A stretch of 64,000 nucleotides of DNA from the human T2T-CHM13v2.0 reference genome, Homo sapiens. Below are positions 63,500-64,000 of the stretch, in pieces (the stretch's first letter is position 1; each line of letters begins with the position of its first letter). The DNA lies in the NCBI RefSeq assembly GCF_009914755.1, contig NC_060935.1. One strand, 5' to 3'. The notes under the pieces are model-generated. The model did not search any database, had not been told where the DNA came from, and saw only the letters and a program-made list of their open reading frames with translations. The position numbers were made by a program, and so were the translations under genes.

Positions 63500-63640
63500 A
63501 GGGAGACCCGGAGTCCAGTTCTCGCCAACCGCTCGATGCTGTGTGACTTGAGGCAGGTCCCTTAACCTCTCTGAGCTTCCTCCTCTCCTGTGAACAAAGG
63601 ATGGGTCCACTTCTCAGGCTTCTCATGAAGTTTAGAGGCG
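63500..63640 (+). mobile_element. MIR fragment
   Basis: GCTGTGTGACTTGAGGCAGGTCCCTTAACCTCTCTGAGCTTC. Confidence 0.7.
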
Positions 63641-64000
63641 ACAGGAGGAAGTGGGCTTTAAATGGCTCAGTCCCAGCGTCCCCTCATGCCTGGGACCGCT
63701 GACCCACCGGGATTCTTGGGGGCCACCATAGAGCCTGTTTTTAAAGGGGATGTGGCGGCCAGCTCTGGGGGCACACGTTCCTGTTTGAATTCTCAATCTC
63801 CGGGCTCAAAATTGGCCCCCAGAAAGCCTTTGAGATGGACAGGGAGCTGGACATTCCCAATTCGGTTGCCCTTGCTTGATGTTTACATGCCACTGTTGGG
63901 TGCTCCTGATTGTGTAGCGGGTCCCCTGAAACCAACACACAGGTGCAGACACCCACATGCCATCCTGCCAGAGCCCTGGGTTCTCAGCAGGACTCTTTGC

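Overview
This is primate, very probably human or hominoid, nuclear genomic DNA: it carries AluJ/S/Y, L1PA, THE1, MER1A, MIR and L2 elements. I could not name the locus and found no intact, recognisable protein-coding gene, RNA gene or CRISPR array. The supplied ORFs are L1/Alu/MaLR remnants, simple-repeat artefacts or chance GC-rich frames. Layout: (1) 1-6.2 kb, an old L1MC4-like element split by an L1PA16-like element and Alus; (2) 6.2-22.3 kb, GC-rich, mostly unique DNA with minus-strand exon-like units, enhancer-like motif clusters, a ~310-bp local duplication, an ERV1 LTR inside an AluJ and a 0.9-kb TG-rich array; (3) 22.3-54.6 kb, nearly continuous repeats, including a THE1B solo LTR, a full THE1C, MER1A and a 24-kb five-level nest (L1MC4 > L1MB > full-length L1MA2 > full-length L1PA7/8 > Alu); (4) 54.6-64 kb, GC-rich unique DNA with an 86-bp inverted repeat, a promoter-like motif cluster and three more minus-strand exon-like units. 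The best leads are an unidentified minus-strand spliced or decayed transcription unit, two templated patch insertions apparently copied from L1 sequence ~2 kb away, the inverted repeat and a twin-primed L1. Repeat subfamily names come from recalled consensus features, not from a RepeatMasker run.
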